This document shows, piece by piece, positions 47,800 to 59,341 of a stretch of 64,000 bases of DNA. Position 1 is the stretch's first letter, and every line of letters starts with the position of its first letter. The position numbers were made by a program, and so were the translations under genes. The stretch lies in the NCBI GenBank assembly GCA_965197425.1, contig CBDANC010000014.1, positions 160,001 through 224,000 of the forward strand, read 5' to 3'. Source of the DNA: Bdellovibrionales bacterium (GTDB taxonomy: Bacteria > Bdellovibrionota > Bdellovibrionia > Bdellovibrionales > JAUICD01). Below the pieces are notes generated by a model, which had not been told where the DNA came from, searched no databases, and was given only the letters and a program-made list of their open reading frames with translations.

Positions 47800-48129
47800 T
47801 TAATGCAGGTACCTTTTTTTAATTATTGAATCTACAAAATTTTCTCTCAATTCCGAAGAATGCAAATGCTCATACTCTGACCAAAGCTTTAGCTTAGATT
47901 CTAACTCCTCTCTAGCATTAACAATAGACTCATACTTATGGGGGCTAAAAGATATTGAGAACATCACTCCTTTGGAGCTACTTATTTTAACCCTAGCAAC
48001 ACAATCCGGGCTTTTTCTCTTACTACTTTTATCATCATCTATGTCTATCTCAAGATTACTGCCCAGGGGCAGATCTAGACCAACAAACTGTTGGTATAGG
48101 CTTGCTCTAATGTCTTTTTCTTCTTTCAC
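47800..48129 (-). CDS. Hypothetical protein
   Basis: 109 aa ORF, co-oriented with the downstream gene. Confidence 0.45.
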   Translation of the reverse strand: MKEEKDIRASLYQQFVGLDLPLGSNLEIDIDDDKSSKRKSPDCVARVKISSSKGVMFSISFSPHKYESIVNAREELESKLKLWSEYEHLHSSELRENFVDSIIKKRYLH

Positions 48130-48480
48130 AAAACCCTCTATATTAATCCGTAAACCCTATCAACAAAACATCATGACCAAAAATAGTGGCTCACAGAAAT
48201 ACTCGTAATTAAATCAGTATAAGTCAAGACCTACCAACGCTTAGAAACATAGAATAAAACCAATAAAGTTACAAGCAAAACAAAGCTAGTAGGATTTAAA
48301 CATTTTGCTTCGCCCATTGATTATACACCACAAACACTATGGTATAACTTTTTTTGTTTTAAACTATAGGTCCAGCACTAATGTTTAAAAAAAATACGCT
48401 TTACAAGCGCTGTATATGTAGTTAATTCACGTCTAGAAGTCTTTCTTGTGAACAAAAACCAAATCATCTATGGTTGGTTT

Positions 48481-49317
48481 ATGAAATTTGTTTTAAACCC
48501 AATACGATTGCTCCCTTTGGTTGTACTTTGTATTTCCATTTATGGCTCTGTTTTTGCCAATACATTCGAAAAATCACATTTTGTTTCAAATGATAGTGGT
48601 TCTGAAGAGCTTTTTTTGGCAACCTTAAAAGGTGACACAGAGAAAGTCGAAAGGCTTTTGAAAAGACCTTTTATAACTGTGGATGTAAATTATAAAGTTG
48701 GACCAGGAACTACTCCTATGATGGTAGCCAGTGCGAAGGGTTTTACAGACATAGTGGAACTCCTGCTCGATAGATATTACAAATTTCTAGTGCTAAGAAC
48801 AAGAAAAGCTGATGTAAACCTGCAAGATGATATGGGCAGAACAGCACTAATGTACGCAAGTATGTACGGTTACTCAGATATTGTGTCCCTACTCCTAGAT
48901 CAAGATGAAATAAATGTTAATGTTAGAGATGACGAGGGCAGAACCGCATTAATCTATGCAAGCACACTTGGTGCACGTTTTACAACACCTAACTTCGCTT
49001 CTACTGTTTTGAAAGCGGAAAAAATTAGAATTATAAACGAGCTCATAAGCCATGATGGTGAGGTCAAGATTGATGTAAACATACAAGACAACCTGGAGTT
49101 AACAGCACTTATGTATGTAGTCTTAGAAGGCGAATTAAAAGAAGCGGTAGAAATGCTACTCAATCACAAAGATACCAACACCCAACTTAAAAATACTGAT
49201 GAGAACACAATCTTTGATTTTGACATGGATTACAATCCTGAAGTACTCGAACTACTAAATAAACACCTGAGGAAACAAGTGTCCCGCCGGAGCCTAATAA
49301 CAAGACTTGTAGAATAA
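48481..49317 (+). CDS. Exported ankyrin-repeat protein
   Basis: Signal peptide; repeated D..GRTALMYA...G...IV.LLL units. Confidence 0.88.
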   Translation: MKFVLNPIRLLPLVVLCISIYGSVFANTFEKSHFVSNDSGSEELFLATLKGDTEKVERLLKRPFITVDVNYKVGPGTTPMMVASAKGFTDIVELLLDRYYKFLVLRTRKADVNLQDDMGRTALMYASMYGYSDIVSLLLDQDEINVNVRDDEGRTALIYASTLGARFTTPNFASTVLKAEKIRIINELISHDGEVKIDVNIQDNLELTALMYVVLEGELKEAVEMLLNHKDTNTQLKNTDENTIFDFDMDYNPEVLELLNKHLRKQVSRRSLITRLVE

Positions 49318-49390
49318 CAAGTTTTTTTCACCCTATTCCAATCACCACGAATCTCTAACACCGAAAACTAGTTGAAAAAATTACCATGTA

Positions 49391-49522
49391 AAAATGTCTC
49401 ATTTTGAGTCATTTTTAGGAAATTTTTTCACAAAATGAGACACTTTTACTACCCTTAATATCATATAACTATCTGAATTTATTATATATTTTTGATTTAC
49501 AAACTTTGGCCCTGTTTTTTCA
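49391..49522 (+). promoter_or_regulatory. Tandem palindromic operator, IHF-like site and sigma54-like promoter
   Basis: AAAATGTCTCA-TTT-TGAGTCATTTT and TCACAAAATGAGACA; ATAACTATCTGAATTTA; TGGCCC-N5-TTTCA before ATG 49535. Confidence 0.5.
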
Positions 49523-49534
49523 TACCAATGGGGT

Positions 49535-51121
49535 ATGAGGTTTCCCCTACTTATTTGTATGCTTTTGCTTTTAGGCCCTATGCCCTTTGCTTCTAATGAG
49601 CAAAATTCTATGTCAAAACACTGGCAGGCTACTTCTTTTAATTTAGAGAGTTTGTACGAGATAGTAAATACTGAGGTTTGTTATAGCGACAGAGTTAGTT
49701 TTTTCGGCTGTTTAGCTGCCTTAGAGCAGGTTGTAATGCAGAGGAGGGATTCTAGCAACATAAGGCTTGTATTTGATACACCCGTTGATAGCTTGGATCA
49801 AATACAGGTAAAGAGACTAGCGGTAGAAAGACATAAGAGTATGGCTAGTATTCTTGCTAGTCACACGAAACAACACAAAAAGAAGATTTCTTATTGGAAT
49901 AAGTTATACAAGCATAAGTACGGAATAAATTTTGATCTCGTATTGATTGATATTATTAATTCTGCAAATCAAAACGAGAATGAACAAGAGTTAATAGCAG
50001 ACTTAATTAATGGGTTTTTATCATCTGCGTATTCACCTCATGATCACATATTACCTGAAACCATGGCTTTGGAAGAGGATCAAAATTTTATAGGCATTGG
50101 TGTAATACTAAAGGCAATAAACAACAATTTGTTTGTACTTAAAACTCTTAAAGATTCTCCAGCAGATATTGCTGGGCTGAGAGGCGGAGATGTAATAGAC
50201 AAAATCCAGGGAAAGCATGTACGCAGTATGAAACTTAGAGAATTAAATAACGCAATTACTGAGTTAAATAGTAATATGGTAGAAATTGAGTTTTATAGAG
50301 ATAATAAATTGCATTCCACCGTCATACAAAAGACCTTGATCTCACCTTCAAATGTAACCAGTAAAGTTATAAATGATGAGTATGGAACTTGGGGGCTTAT
50401 TAAGATAAATGACTTTATGACCAGCGATACCTGTAATGCTGCCGAGTCATTAATGTACAACTTGTTTGCAAAACACAGTGATCTTTCTGGGTTTATACTG
50501 GATCTAAGAGATAATCAAGGTGGTCTTGTTATGCAAGCAATTTGTGTTGCAGATCTTTTTGTTCCAAAAGATCTAATGCTTTTAGAGATAAGGCCAAATG
50601 ATCCTTTGGATGATTCAATATACTATGAATCTAAATTAGACCCTATTGTGGATACACCGCTTGTAACGCTGGTAAATTCTGGCTCCGCAAGTGCTGCTGA
50701 AATTTTAGCAGGCACATTAAAAGACCATGGCAGATCGATTTTAATTGGAGAACAAACTTTTGGTAAAGGTAGTGTAATGCGTGGTGTGAATTTATTAACT
50801 AACGAAGATATATTATACTACCAAACATTTGCTTTGATGTACTTTCCGTCTGGTGCAACAAACCATATAAAGGGAATTATGCCAGATTATATACTGGACA
50901 ATTATACAAACAAGTATTCTTTTAGAGAAAGAGATTTGTTTTTCTATAAATATACTGACTTAAACCATGACATTAACTACAACCACAATAGTATAAGTTC
51001 ATATAGAGGAGTATTAGGTAATTACTACTCAGATTGTTTGACGAAGCTCAAGCATGAGAATATAAACTCCTCTGAGAACGCTTCAAGCTATATGTTGGGT
51101 TGTATGAATGAACCAAGATAA
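49535..51121 (+). CDS. Secreted S41 family protease with PDZ domain and N-terminal extension
   Basis: FIGIGV, ILDLRDNQGG, SASAAEI, TFGKGSV. Confidence 0.88.
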   Translation: MRFPLLICMLLLLGPMPFASNEQNSMSKHWQATSFNLESLYEIVNTEVCYSDRVSFFGCLAALEQVVMQRRDSSNIRLVFDTPVDSLDQIQVKRLAVERHKSMASILASHTKQHKKKISYWNKLYKHKYGINFDLVLIDIINSANQNENEQELIADLINGFLSSAYSPHDHILPETMALEEDQNFIGIGVILKAINNNLFVLKTLKDSPADIAGLRGGDVIDKIQGKHVRSMKLRELNNAITELNSNMVEIEFYRDNKLHSTVIQKTLISPSNVTSKVINDEYGTWGLIKINDFMTSDTCNAAESLMYNLFAKHSDLSGFILDLRDNQGGLVMQAICVADLFVPKDLMLLEIRPNDPLDDSIYYESKLDPIVDTPLVTLVNSGSASAAEILAGTLKDHGRSILIGEQTFGKGSVMRGVNLLTNEDILYYQTFALMYFPSGATNHIKGIMPDYILDNYTNKYSFRERDLFFYKYTDLNHDINYNHNSISSYRGVLGNYYSDCLTKLKHENINSSENASSYMLGCMNEPR

Positions 51122-51722
51122 TAATAGCAATAAAGAATTAGAGTTTGTTTTAAACAACTCCTGTCCCATAAAAGTTTTGTGTTCTTGGAAAGAAGACATA
51201 GAGCTCCTTAATTTAAATGAGCCGGATGCGGCTTGTTTAGTCACCTCAAGTATCAAACCTTCCGCACGAATAGTCTTAATAAAAGACATTTTGGAAAAGG
51301 GGCTTGTGTTTTTTACTAACTACAATAGTAAAAAAGCAAAAGACATAGATCAAAATCCTAATGTGGCTGTTCTATTTTATTTTGACAGCCTTCAAAGGCA
51401 GGTAAGGGTAGAAGGAATTTGTGAAAAAACCAGTAGTAAGTTATCAGATACTTACTTTGCGTCCCGTCCTTATGAAAGTCAAATTTCAGCATTGGCATCC
51501 ATGCAGAGTTCTGTTTTAAACAGAAAAAAAGATTTAGAAGATACTATCTTAAGATTAAAACTGAAATATCCCAAATCTGTTCCAAGACCAGATATCTGGG
51601 GTGGGTTTGTTATAAAACCAGAATATTTTGAATTCTGGATCAGAGGCAAGAACAGAACCCATGACAGAGTATGTTTTCAAAAAAACAACTCGGGGTGGGA
51701 AAAATTTTTGTTACAGCCATAA
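51108..51722 (+). CDS. pdxH: Pyridoxamine 5'-phosphate oxidase
   Basis: PSARIVLIK, FFTNYNSKK, RQVRVEG, EFW...R.HDR. Confidence 0.95.
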   Translation: MNQDNNSNKELEFVLNNSCPIKVLCSWKEDIELLNLNEPDAACLVTSSIKPSARIVLIKDILEKGLVFFTNYNSKKAKDIDQNPNVAVLFYFDSLQRQVRVEGICEKTSSKLSDTYFASRPYESQISALASMQSSVLNRKKDLEDTILRLKLKYPKSVPRPDIWGGFVIKPEYFEFWIRGKNRTHDRVCFQKNNSGWEKFLLQP

Positions 51723-51768
51723 AAAATAGTACTTGTCTATTGAACATAAACTGTGGTTTTCATTTTCT

Positions 51769-52197
51769 ATGAAGATTAGAGTAATAACATTATCAGAAAA
51801 AGAAGAAATCACAAACTTTGAAAAAAACAAACAAAACCTAACTCCAACAGAACAAATTTTTGCAAACTGGAATAGCAGTACAAGATCAGAGTTTTTAGAT
51901 CATTATCTACCACTTGGATGGAGTATGGGGATATGGGATGAAAATGGAGATTTAAAGGGTTTTTTCCTAGCACAAGTTATATTATTTTATAGGGGCAAAA
52001 TGCAATGCCTGCATATAGAGCATATATCTTATACTGATGAAAAGATTTTTGATATACTACTAGATACAGCATACAAATGTGCAAAGGAGAAGCATCTTCA
52101 AAATTTGATCCTCGCGGGAACTAACCATGACAAAATAAAATATAAACACACTAGGGATGAGTATATAACCATACCATTACGAAACAGTAAAATTTAA
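51769..52197 (+). CDS. Hypothetical protein, possibly GNAT-like fold
   Basis: LKGFFLAQ...LHIEHI...LLDTAYKCAKE pattern. Confidence 0.5.
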   Translation: MKIRVITLSEKEEITNFEKNKQNLTPTEQIFANWNSSTRSEFLDHYLPLGWSMGIWDENGDLKGFFLAQVILFYRGKMQCLHIEHISYTDEKIFDILLDTAYKCAKEKHLQNLILAGTNHDKIKYKHTRDEYITIPLRNSKI

Positions 52198-52235
52198 CAA
52201 CACATTAAACTTAGTAAGCACACTAGAGATAAATT

Positions 52236-53837
52236 ATGAACCAAAGTTTTGCAGAGTTACCCAGAAAGCACTTCGACTTAGTTATTATAGGTGGTGGTAT
52301 CATGGGTGCTGGCATTGCCAGAGAGGCACAGTTGAGAGGAATGAATGTGCTTCTGTTAGAAAAAGGAGATTTTGCACAAGGCACCAGCTCTAGATCAAGC
52401 AAGCTTATTCATGGTGGGATAAGATATTTAGCAAATTTAGAGTTTGATCTAGTATTTGAGTCTCTACAAGAAAGAACAAACTTATTTGATATGGCACCTA
52501 ACCTGGTTTGGCCTGCTAGATTTGTATTGCCTGTATATAAAAACTCCGAGTTCAGTATGGGTAAAATGAAGCTTGGTATGATGTTATACGACTTATTGGT
52601 TGGTATAAATCAGCTTAAGCCCCATAGAAAACTAAGTGTAACAGAAACCTTAGATCGTATACCTTTTATTAATGCAGACAATATGGAAGGGTCTTTTATA
52701 TATTCTGATGCCTATACAGATGACTCAAGACTTGTAATAGAAACGATTAGATCTGCTACAAACCATGGTGCTACTTGTATTCCTTATGCCAAAGTCACTG
52801 GTGCCACCATGAACAAACAGAAAATCATTGGCTTAAATGTAAAGTGTAACAGTAGCAATTTTATGGTGAAGGGTACTCATTTTGTAAGCGCTGTAGGCCC
52901 TTGGACAGATAAATTTGCTAAGAATATTTTTGGCAAGTGGAATAATACCTTAAGACCTTCTAAGGGAGTTCATATTACTTTGGAAAAGCAAAGGCTACCT
53001 ACAGAAGATTCTGTTGTGATGGTAGATCATCCAAACTCTAGAATAGTATTCTGTATAGTGAGGGATGACATGATAATAGTGGGTACAACTGACACTGAAT
53101 TTGATAAGGATCCAGAAGAAGTATCCACCAGCAAAGCTGATGTGGATTATCTTATTAAGATGTGTGGTCAGTATTTTCCCAAGGCAAAAATTAAAAAAGA
53201 TGACATAGTGGCGTCTTATGCAGGTGTTCGTCCACTTGTAGGAGATGAAGCAGATTCTGTAAACAAAACCAGTAGAGAATCTAAGATAATATTCGACCCC
53301 AGAAATATTACCTTTATAGCTGGCGGAAAATATACAAATTATAGAAAGACTTCCCAGAAAGTTGTAGACACGATCTTAAAAAAGATACCATTTAAAAATT
53401 TGCTAAAGTTTCATAAAGATTCTAATAGTACGAGGCCACTTAATCCGAAAGCTACCGTGGGATGTTTCTCCAAATCTCAGAGTATGATCCCATATTGGTC
53501 AAAACAAACCGGTCTGAGTTTAGACGAGGTTGGTTATTTACAAAAAAGATACTACATGGAAACAGAGGATATATTAGAATACAAAATAAAGCCCTATAAT
53601 ATTCTGGGGTTAGAGGTTGAACATGCAATGAAACATACTATGTGTGTAAGCTTAATCGATTTTTTCTTAAGAAGAACAAATATGTTTTTTAGCTTGCCTG
53701 ATAATGCTATGAGATTTTACAGACAAGTCGCTACTCAGATGGCAGATCGCTTAAACTGGAGTGACAGTAAAATGCAAGATGAAATGGCAAAGCTAGAAGC
53801 TCATATTCAATTAGAGCTTGGGTGGAAAAACAATTGA
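52236..53837 (+). CDS. glpD: FAD-dependent glycerol-3-phosphate dehydrogenase
   Basis: IIGGGIMGAG, GTSSRSSKLIHGGIRYL, PSKGVHI, YAGVRPL, GGKYT.YR. Confidence 0.94.
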   Translation: MNQSFAELPRKHFDLVIIGGGIMGAGIAREAQLRGMNVLLLEKGDFAQGTSSRSSKLIHGGIRYLANLEFDLVFESLQERTNLFDMAPNLVWPARFVLPVYKNSEFSMGKMKLGMMLYDLLVGINQLKPHRKLSVTETLDRIPFINADNMEGSFIYSDAYTDDSRLVIETIRSATNHGATCIPYAKVTGATMNKQKIIGLNVKCNSSNFMVKGTHFVSAVGPWTDKFAKNIFGKWNNTLRPSKGVHITLEKQRLPTEDSVVMVDHPNSRIVFCIVRDDMIIVGTTDTEFDKDPEEVSTSKADVDYLIKMCGQYFPKAKIKKDDIVASYAGVRPLVGDEADSVNKTSRESKIIFDPRNITFIAGGKYTNYRKTSQKVVDTILKKIPFKNLLKFHKDSNSTRPLNPKATVGCFSKSQSMIPYWSKQTGLSLDEVGYLQKRYYMETEDILEYKIKPYNILGLEVEHAMKHTMCVSLIDFFLRRTNMFFSLPDNAMRFYRQVATQMADRLNWSDSKMQDEMAKLEAHIQLELGWKNN

Positions 53838-53888
53838 CTGCACTTCTGGTAGAATTTAGGATTTACGAGCTGGTGTTGCCAGATCTGA

Positions 53889-54941
<1,053 letters not shown>

Positions 54942-54987
54942 ATTGAACACTGACAAAATCATCATTTTATTTTTCTATTTTTCTTGC

Positions 54988-55371
54988 ATGGATGAAAAGT
55001 TAATCAAGTCGTTTACTAAAAAAACATTAAACTTATTAAAAAAAGAGCAAAGTCAAAAAGATTTGATTCCTAGAATTGTGTTTCATTGCCACAAAATTTG
55101 GACCAGCAAGAAAAGAAATGAAAAATATCTATTACTAGGCACTAACCCTTATATAAAAGTAGATAAATCTGTGCAGTTGACTCCTTGGTTTGATTTTTTA
55201 AAAGAAAGTGACTCTGATATTATCACACCTGTTATTTTTCATAAGATTTTAAATATCTCTGATGCTGATATTGCAAAAGGGTTAAACATATCCCACGGTA
55301 CATTAAGATATAGGTTAGGTAAGGGACTAGGACAATTAGGTGAAATATTAAATCCTGGAGTTATGGATTGA
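54988..55371 (+). CDS. Protein with a C-terminal sigma70-region-4-like HTH
   Basis: SDADIAKGLNISHGTLRYRLGKGL. Confidence 0.55.
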   Translation: MDEKLIKSFTKKTLNLLKKEQSQKDLIPRIVFHCHKIWTSKKRNEKYLLLGTNPYIKVDKSVQLTPWFDFLKESDSDIITPVIFHKILNISDADIAKGLNISHGTLRYRLGKGLGQLGEILNPGVMD

Positions 55372-56054
55372 TAGGAAGTAAAAAACAAGCTTTAAGTTAC
55401 TTTATGTGCAAGGAGATGTTATATGACTATGTAACAAATAACTTGGGCGATAGAAAAAGTTCCTTTCTGGCAAGTTTATCAGAGCATCCTGAGCTTGACT
55501 CTGACATAAAAAAATTAAAATCTGCTATCGAATTTACCTCAGAGCTGTCTTGTTTTTCTGTGCAATCCAGATTAATAGACGAAATTAAAAATCCTTCCGG
55601 AATTAGAAAGTTTTTAGACTTTTTATTTAACACTCCTATATGGGTAAAGGCAGTTTTTGTGCTTGTGGTTTTATCTTTAGTAGGTTTTTTCTACATGCAA
55701 ACAAGGCCTGTTGATAGTCTGGCTAAAGTTGTAGCAAAGAACACTACATATAGTGGTTCATTTGTACAAAGGCAAACATTAAGATATTCGTTAGAACCTA
55801 AAACCGGAGATAATTTGACAGGCTTAGTAGAACAAAAGTTATTAAGCCTAAATGCAAGACCAACACCAGAGGCTCCATTATGGAAAAAAGAGCAAAACGA
55901 TGTGTTATTCACATTTACCATAGACAGAGTAGATTTTAGTGTGTTTGAAGAATATATTAAGCAGTATGGTCTTTTAACAAATTTAGATAGTATAGAGCCT
56001 CAGTATATTGATCAGGCATTTTATAATATTGAGCTCTTACTTAAAATTAGATGA
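55368..56054 (+). CDS. Single-pass membrane protein, anti-sigma-like
   Basis: N-terminal CKEMLYDYV motif, central TM segment; overlaps the upstream HTH gene. Confidence 0.5.
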   Translation: MIGSKKQALSYFMCKEMLYDYVTNNLGDRKSSFLASLSEHPELDSDIKKLKSAIEFTSELSCFSVQSRLIDEIKNPSGIRKFLDFLFNTPIWVKAVFVLVVLSLVGFFYMQTRPVDSLAKVVAKNTTYSGSFVQRQTLRYSLEPKTGDNLTGLVEQKLLSLNARPTPEAPLWKKEQNDVLFTFTIDRVDFSVFEEYIKQYGLLTNLDSIEPQYIDQAFYNIELLLKIR

Positions 56055-56069
56055 TTGAATGGTGGTAAT

Positions 56070-56822
56070 ATGGATCTTAAAGGTAAAAAAGCGATAATTT
56101 TAGGTGTAGCAAATGATCGTTCTTTGGCTTGGGGAATAGCACAAAAGTTACATCAATTTGGTTGTGAGCTTGGTTTTAGTTATCTAAATGAAAAATTAGA
56201 AAGAAGGGTCCGTCCTTTAGCTGAAAGTTTAGATGCAAAATTAATAGAACCACTGGATGTTAACTGCGACGATCAGGCCGAAAGTTTTTTCAAAAAAGTT
56301 TATTTGAAGTTTGCTAATGTGGACATTTTGATTCACTCGGTAGCATTTGCAGAAAGAAGTGATTTAGAGGGCAAATTTCTAGACACTTCTAGGAATGGAT
56401 TTGAGCTTGCCATGAACACCAGTGTATATTCTTTTATTATGACCTCCAGACTTATTAAGCCTTTGATGAAAGATGGTGGTAGTATAATCACTCTGAGTTA
56501 TTTGGGATCAAAAAAAGTTATACCCAACTATAATATAATGGGTGTTTGCAAAGCAGCTTTAGAATCTAGTGTAAGATACTTAGCCTATGACATGGGACCA
56601 TCTGGTATTAGAGTAAATGCAGTTTCAGCAGGTCCGGTTAAAACTCTATCAGCATCTGGGGTTAAAAATTTTAAAACGATGTTAAATAGCAACCCTGACA
56701 ATGTCCCTCTTAGATCAAATATTGATGCTTCTGATGTTGGGATGGCATGTGTTTATCTGTCTTGTGCACCAAAGGTTACAGGTGAAGTGTTGTATGTAGA
56801 TAGTGGCGCTCATATTATGTAG
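56070..56822 (+). CDS. fabI: Enoyl-ACP reductase
   Basis: GVANDRSLAWGIA, YNIMGVCKAALE, RVNAVSAGPVKTL. Confidence 0.97.
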   Translation: MDLKGKKAIILGVANDRSLAWGIAQKLHQFGCELGFSYLNEKLERRVRPLAESLDAKLIEPLDVNCDDQAESFFKKVYLKFANVDILIHSVAFAERSDLEGKFLDTSRNGFELAMNTSVYSFIMTSRLIKPLMKDGGSIITLSYLGSKKVIPNYNIMGVCKAALESSVRYLAYDMGPSGIRVNAVSAGPVKTLSASGVKNFKTMLNSNPDNVPLRSNIDASDVGMACVYLSCAPKVTGEVLYVDSGAHIM

Positions 56823-56843
56823 CTAATCTAGTTAATAAATAAT

Positions 56844-57692
56844 TTACGCCTTTACGATCACGGCCCAGATTATGTGAGCAATTGTGAGATGAATTAGTTT
56901 CATATAGGTGGGTGATAGTGTAATTAGCGTTATTAATCCAATTACCACTCCTATAGATATAAAAATTGAGAGTTTTATCGCATACTTTGGATCATCTTTG
57001 TATAACTTGATTATTATAAATAACATTGCAAAAGTTAGTGTCATTGCCAGTATTGGATGTATTATTCTAAGCTTAAGTAGTATATGTGAATTTGGATCAA
57101 GATCACTCATTAGTCCTTCAATTATAGAATTAGAAGGAAACACAGTATTGGACAAAGCTGCTATTCCCCCAGTTGCTACAATCAACAAAAACATTATTTT
57201 TAATGTCGCTATTAAATAGGAGGGGTTAATTTTATTTGTAAATGTTAGATAGTAGGCTTTTGCCACTGAACCTGTAAGTAGAACGCTCGTTACTTGATGA
57301 AGAGACATCACTATTATGCGATCTACGCCGGTATTTCCTCCAACTAGTCCAAAGAGAACCAATTTAGCGCCTATTAGCGCTTCTAGTATTGTTAATGAAA
57401 GAATAAATAATGAAATTTTTCTTATGTTGTGTTGTTTGGAGTAAAGTTTGAATGTCCAAATCACCAGGAGTATAGCGAGTATCCCATATATTCCTGTAGA
57501 AAGTCTGTGAGTTAGCTCTATTAGTGTGTGGGTATTTTCAGTGTCAGGTATAATGGTATTATTACATAGTGGCCAACTTGTGCCACATCCATCACCTGAT
57601 TTAGAAATTCTTACCCATGCACCCCAGACTATTACCAAAATGGAATATATCCATAGGAATACTAGATAGGATCTATATCTCTTAAGGCTCAA
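56844..57692 (-). CDS. ctaA: Heme A synthase (COX15/CtaA family)
   Basis: GAWVR...SGDGCG.SWPLC...IELTHR. Confidence 0.85.
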   Translation of the reverse strand: MSLKRYRSYLVFLWIYSILVIVWGAWVRISKSGDGCGTSWPLCNNTIIPDTENTHTLIELTHRLSTGIYGILAILLVIWTFKLYSKQHNIRKISLFILSLTILEALIGAKLVLFGLVGGNTGVDRIIVMSLHQVTSVLLTGSVAKAYYLTFTNKINPSYLIATLKIMFLLIVATGGIAALSNTVFPSNSIIEGLMSDLDPNSHILLKLRIIHPILAMTLTFAMLFIIIKLYKDDPKYAIKLSIFISIGVVIGLITLITLSPTYMKLIHLTIAHIIWAVIVKA

Positions 57693-57866
57693 TTTAATAC
57701 TCCCGCTTATCTGGTTTAGTCTTTTACAAAATTTTATAAAGTTGCGCTAGATTTTAATAAAAATAAAGTGTATTGTTACTATGTCAGGTTCAGACAGTCA
57801 GTTATTGGTTTAAATAGTATAGCAACAGGACAACACATAAGATAACAAACAATAATTTGGAATTGT

Positions 57867-59294
57867 ATGATTAGAGGAATCAGTATGGATATTAAAAGTT
57901 TAAAGATAATGAATACAAAAGCCATAACATTGCTGAGTTTTTTTTGTCTATTGTCTGTATCTAATGCTCAAAACCAACCCCCGGCACAAAACAATAATGT
58001 TATATTATTGGAGTATTCCATATTTCAAATGCTGGCAGAAAATGCCAATTATGTTGTAGGTATTGGAACATCTCAGGCTCATCTTACAGAAAGACTAATG
58101 GTTCCTCCTGGAAATTACACTTTTTTATGCACTGGATTTATGGTTTCAGATCCTACACTAAAAAGCCTAAACATGTCTTTACTTGTAACTGCGACTTCGT
58201 GCAATGGTGAATTAGAAGATAACAGCTCGAGCGGTGAACCATATTATATCCTAGGTGGACCCATGTTGTTTGATTCGGATTTTTCGATTAAAAGACACGC
58301 CCATTTTAGTTCATTTAGAGTTGGTTATGATGGGTTTACAAGAGATGCTACTAATGACCTGATGTATTTAATTTTACCTAATACCATTACGACACCAGAT
58401 AATGCCGAAGTGGATAATTCAGAAATGAATCAGGTTAACTGGAGACTTCCTTCAACTTCTGTTGATATATCCAATGAGCTTGAATTGGGCGAAAAGGTTG
58501 TTTTGATTGGTTATAATAACTTAAGTGGCCCAAATTCTTATGAGTGTATCTACTTAGGAAATAGTGTGATTTATGCTGAGCCTCACTCTAGACCACATAA
58601 ATACACTATTGGAGGCAAGATATTTTGTGATGGTTTAGTTGGAACTGATACTAGATTACATGGTTTAGGTGGTAGCCCTATATTTAAACATGATCTATCT
58701 GGAGTATTAGGTTTTATGACAACTTATTCATTGGAGGATGCTTTTTATGAACTGTCAACTGGTGCAATGATTTCAACTGAAGCAACAAATGGTTTAGTTA
58801 ACTTCGTACCATTGATTGGGTCAAAGATTATAACTGATGGTAATAAGTTTACCAAGCTAGAGACTGTACAGTATGAAGATGGAGTTTTCGAGACCACTAC
58901 CCTTAATCCTAAAACAGGTTATTTTGAAAATTTAAGTATTCCAATTAAAGATAATTATGTCCATGGGGAAATCTTTTTTAGAGATGTTGATGGAAGAATT
59001 ATAGAATATGAAATATATCATCAGGGCAAATTGGTAGATTGGAATGATCTTGATCCTGCCATGTATGATATTTTTGAAAATCAAAACATATATTTAGTAC
59101 AATCTGTAGTTGATGAAACCGCAAAACTTGTCCTGCTCAATAAGCCTAGTGAGGATGTGATTGTGCCATTGACACATTTAGATGATAATGTTGAAAAACA
59201 TGATATAATAAGAGTGTTTTTTGACGATAAAGGCGATATGGACTGGGAGTCTTCTATTATAGATAAAGAGCTTAAAAAGTTTTGGTTTAATTGA
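57867..59294 (+). CDS. Secreted trypsin-like-fold protein lacking the catalytic His and Ser
   Basis: CTGFMV...LVTATSC...NDLMYL...VVLIGY...GLGGSPIF; signal peptide ending ...SNA. Confidence 0.6.
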   Translation: MIRGISMDIKSLKIMNTKAITLLSFFCLLSVSNAQNQPPAQNNNVILLEYSIFQMLAENANYVVGIGTSQAHLTERLMVPPGNYTFLCTGFMVSDPTLKSLNMSLLVTATSCNGELEDNSSSGEPYYILGGPMLFDSDFSIKRHAHFSSFRVGYDGFTRDATNDLMYLILPNTITTPDNAEVDNSEMNQVNWRLPSTSVDISNELELGEKVVLIGYNNLSGPNSYECIYLGNSVIYAEPHSRPHKYTIGGKIFCDGLVGTDTRLHGLGGSPIFKHDLSGVLGFMTTYSLEDAFYELSTGAMISTEATNGLVNFVPLIGSKIITDGNKFTKLETVQYEDGVFETTTLNPKTGYFENLSIPIKDNYVHGEIFFRDVDGRIIEYEIYHQGKLVDWNDLDPAMYDIFENQNIYLVQSVVDETAKLVLLNKPSEDVIVPLTHLDDNVEKHDIIRVFFDDKGDMDWESSIIDKELKKFWFN

Positions 59295-59341
59295 TTGTGA
59301 TTTATAGTTGATACAATGTCCTTTTATTTTTTGGGTGGTCT

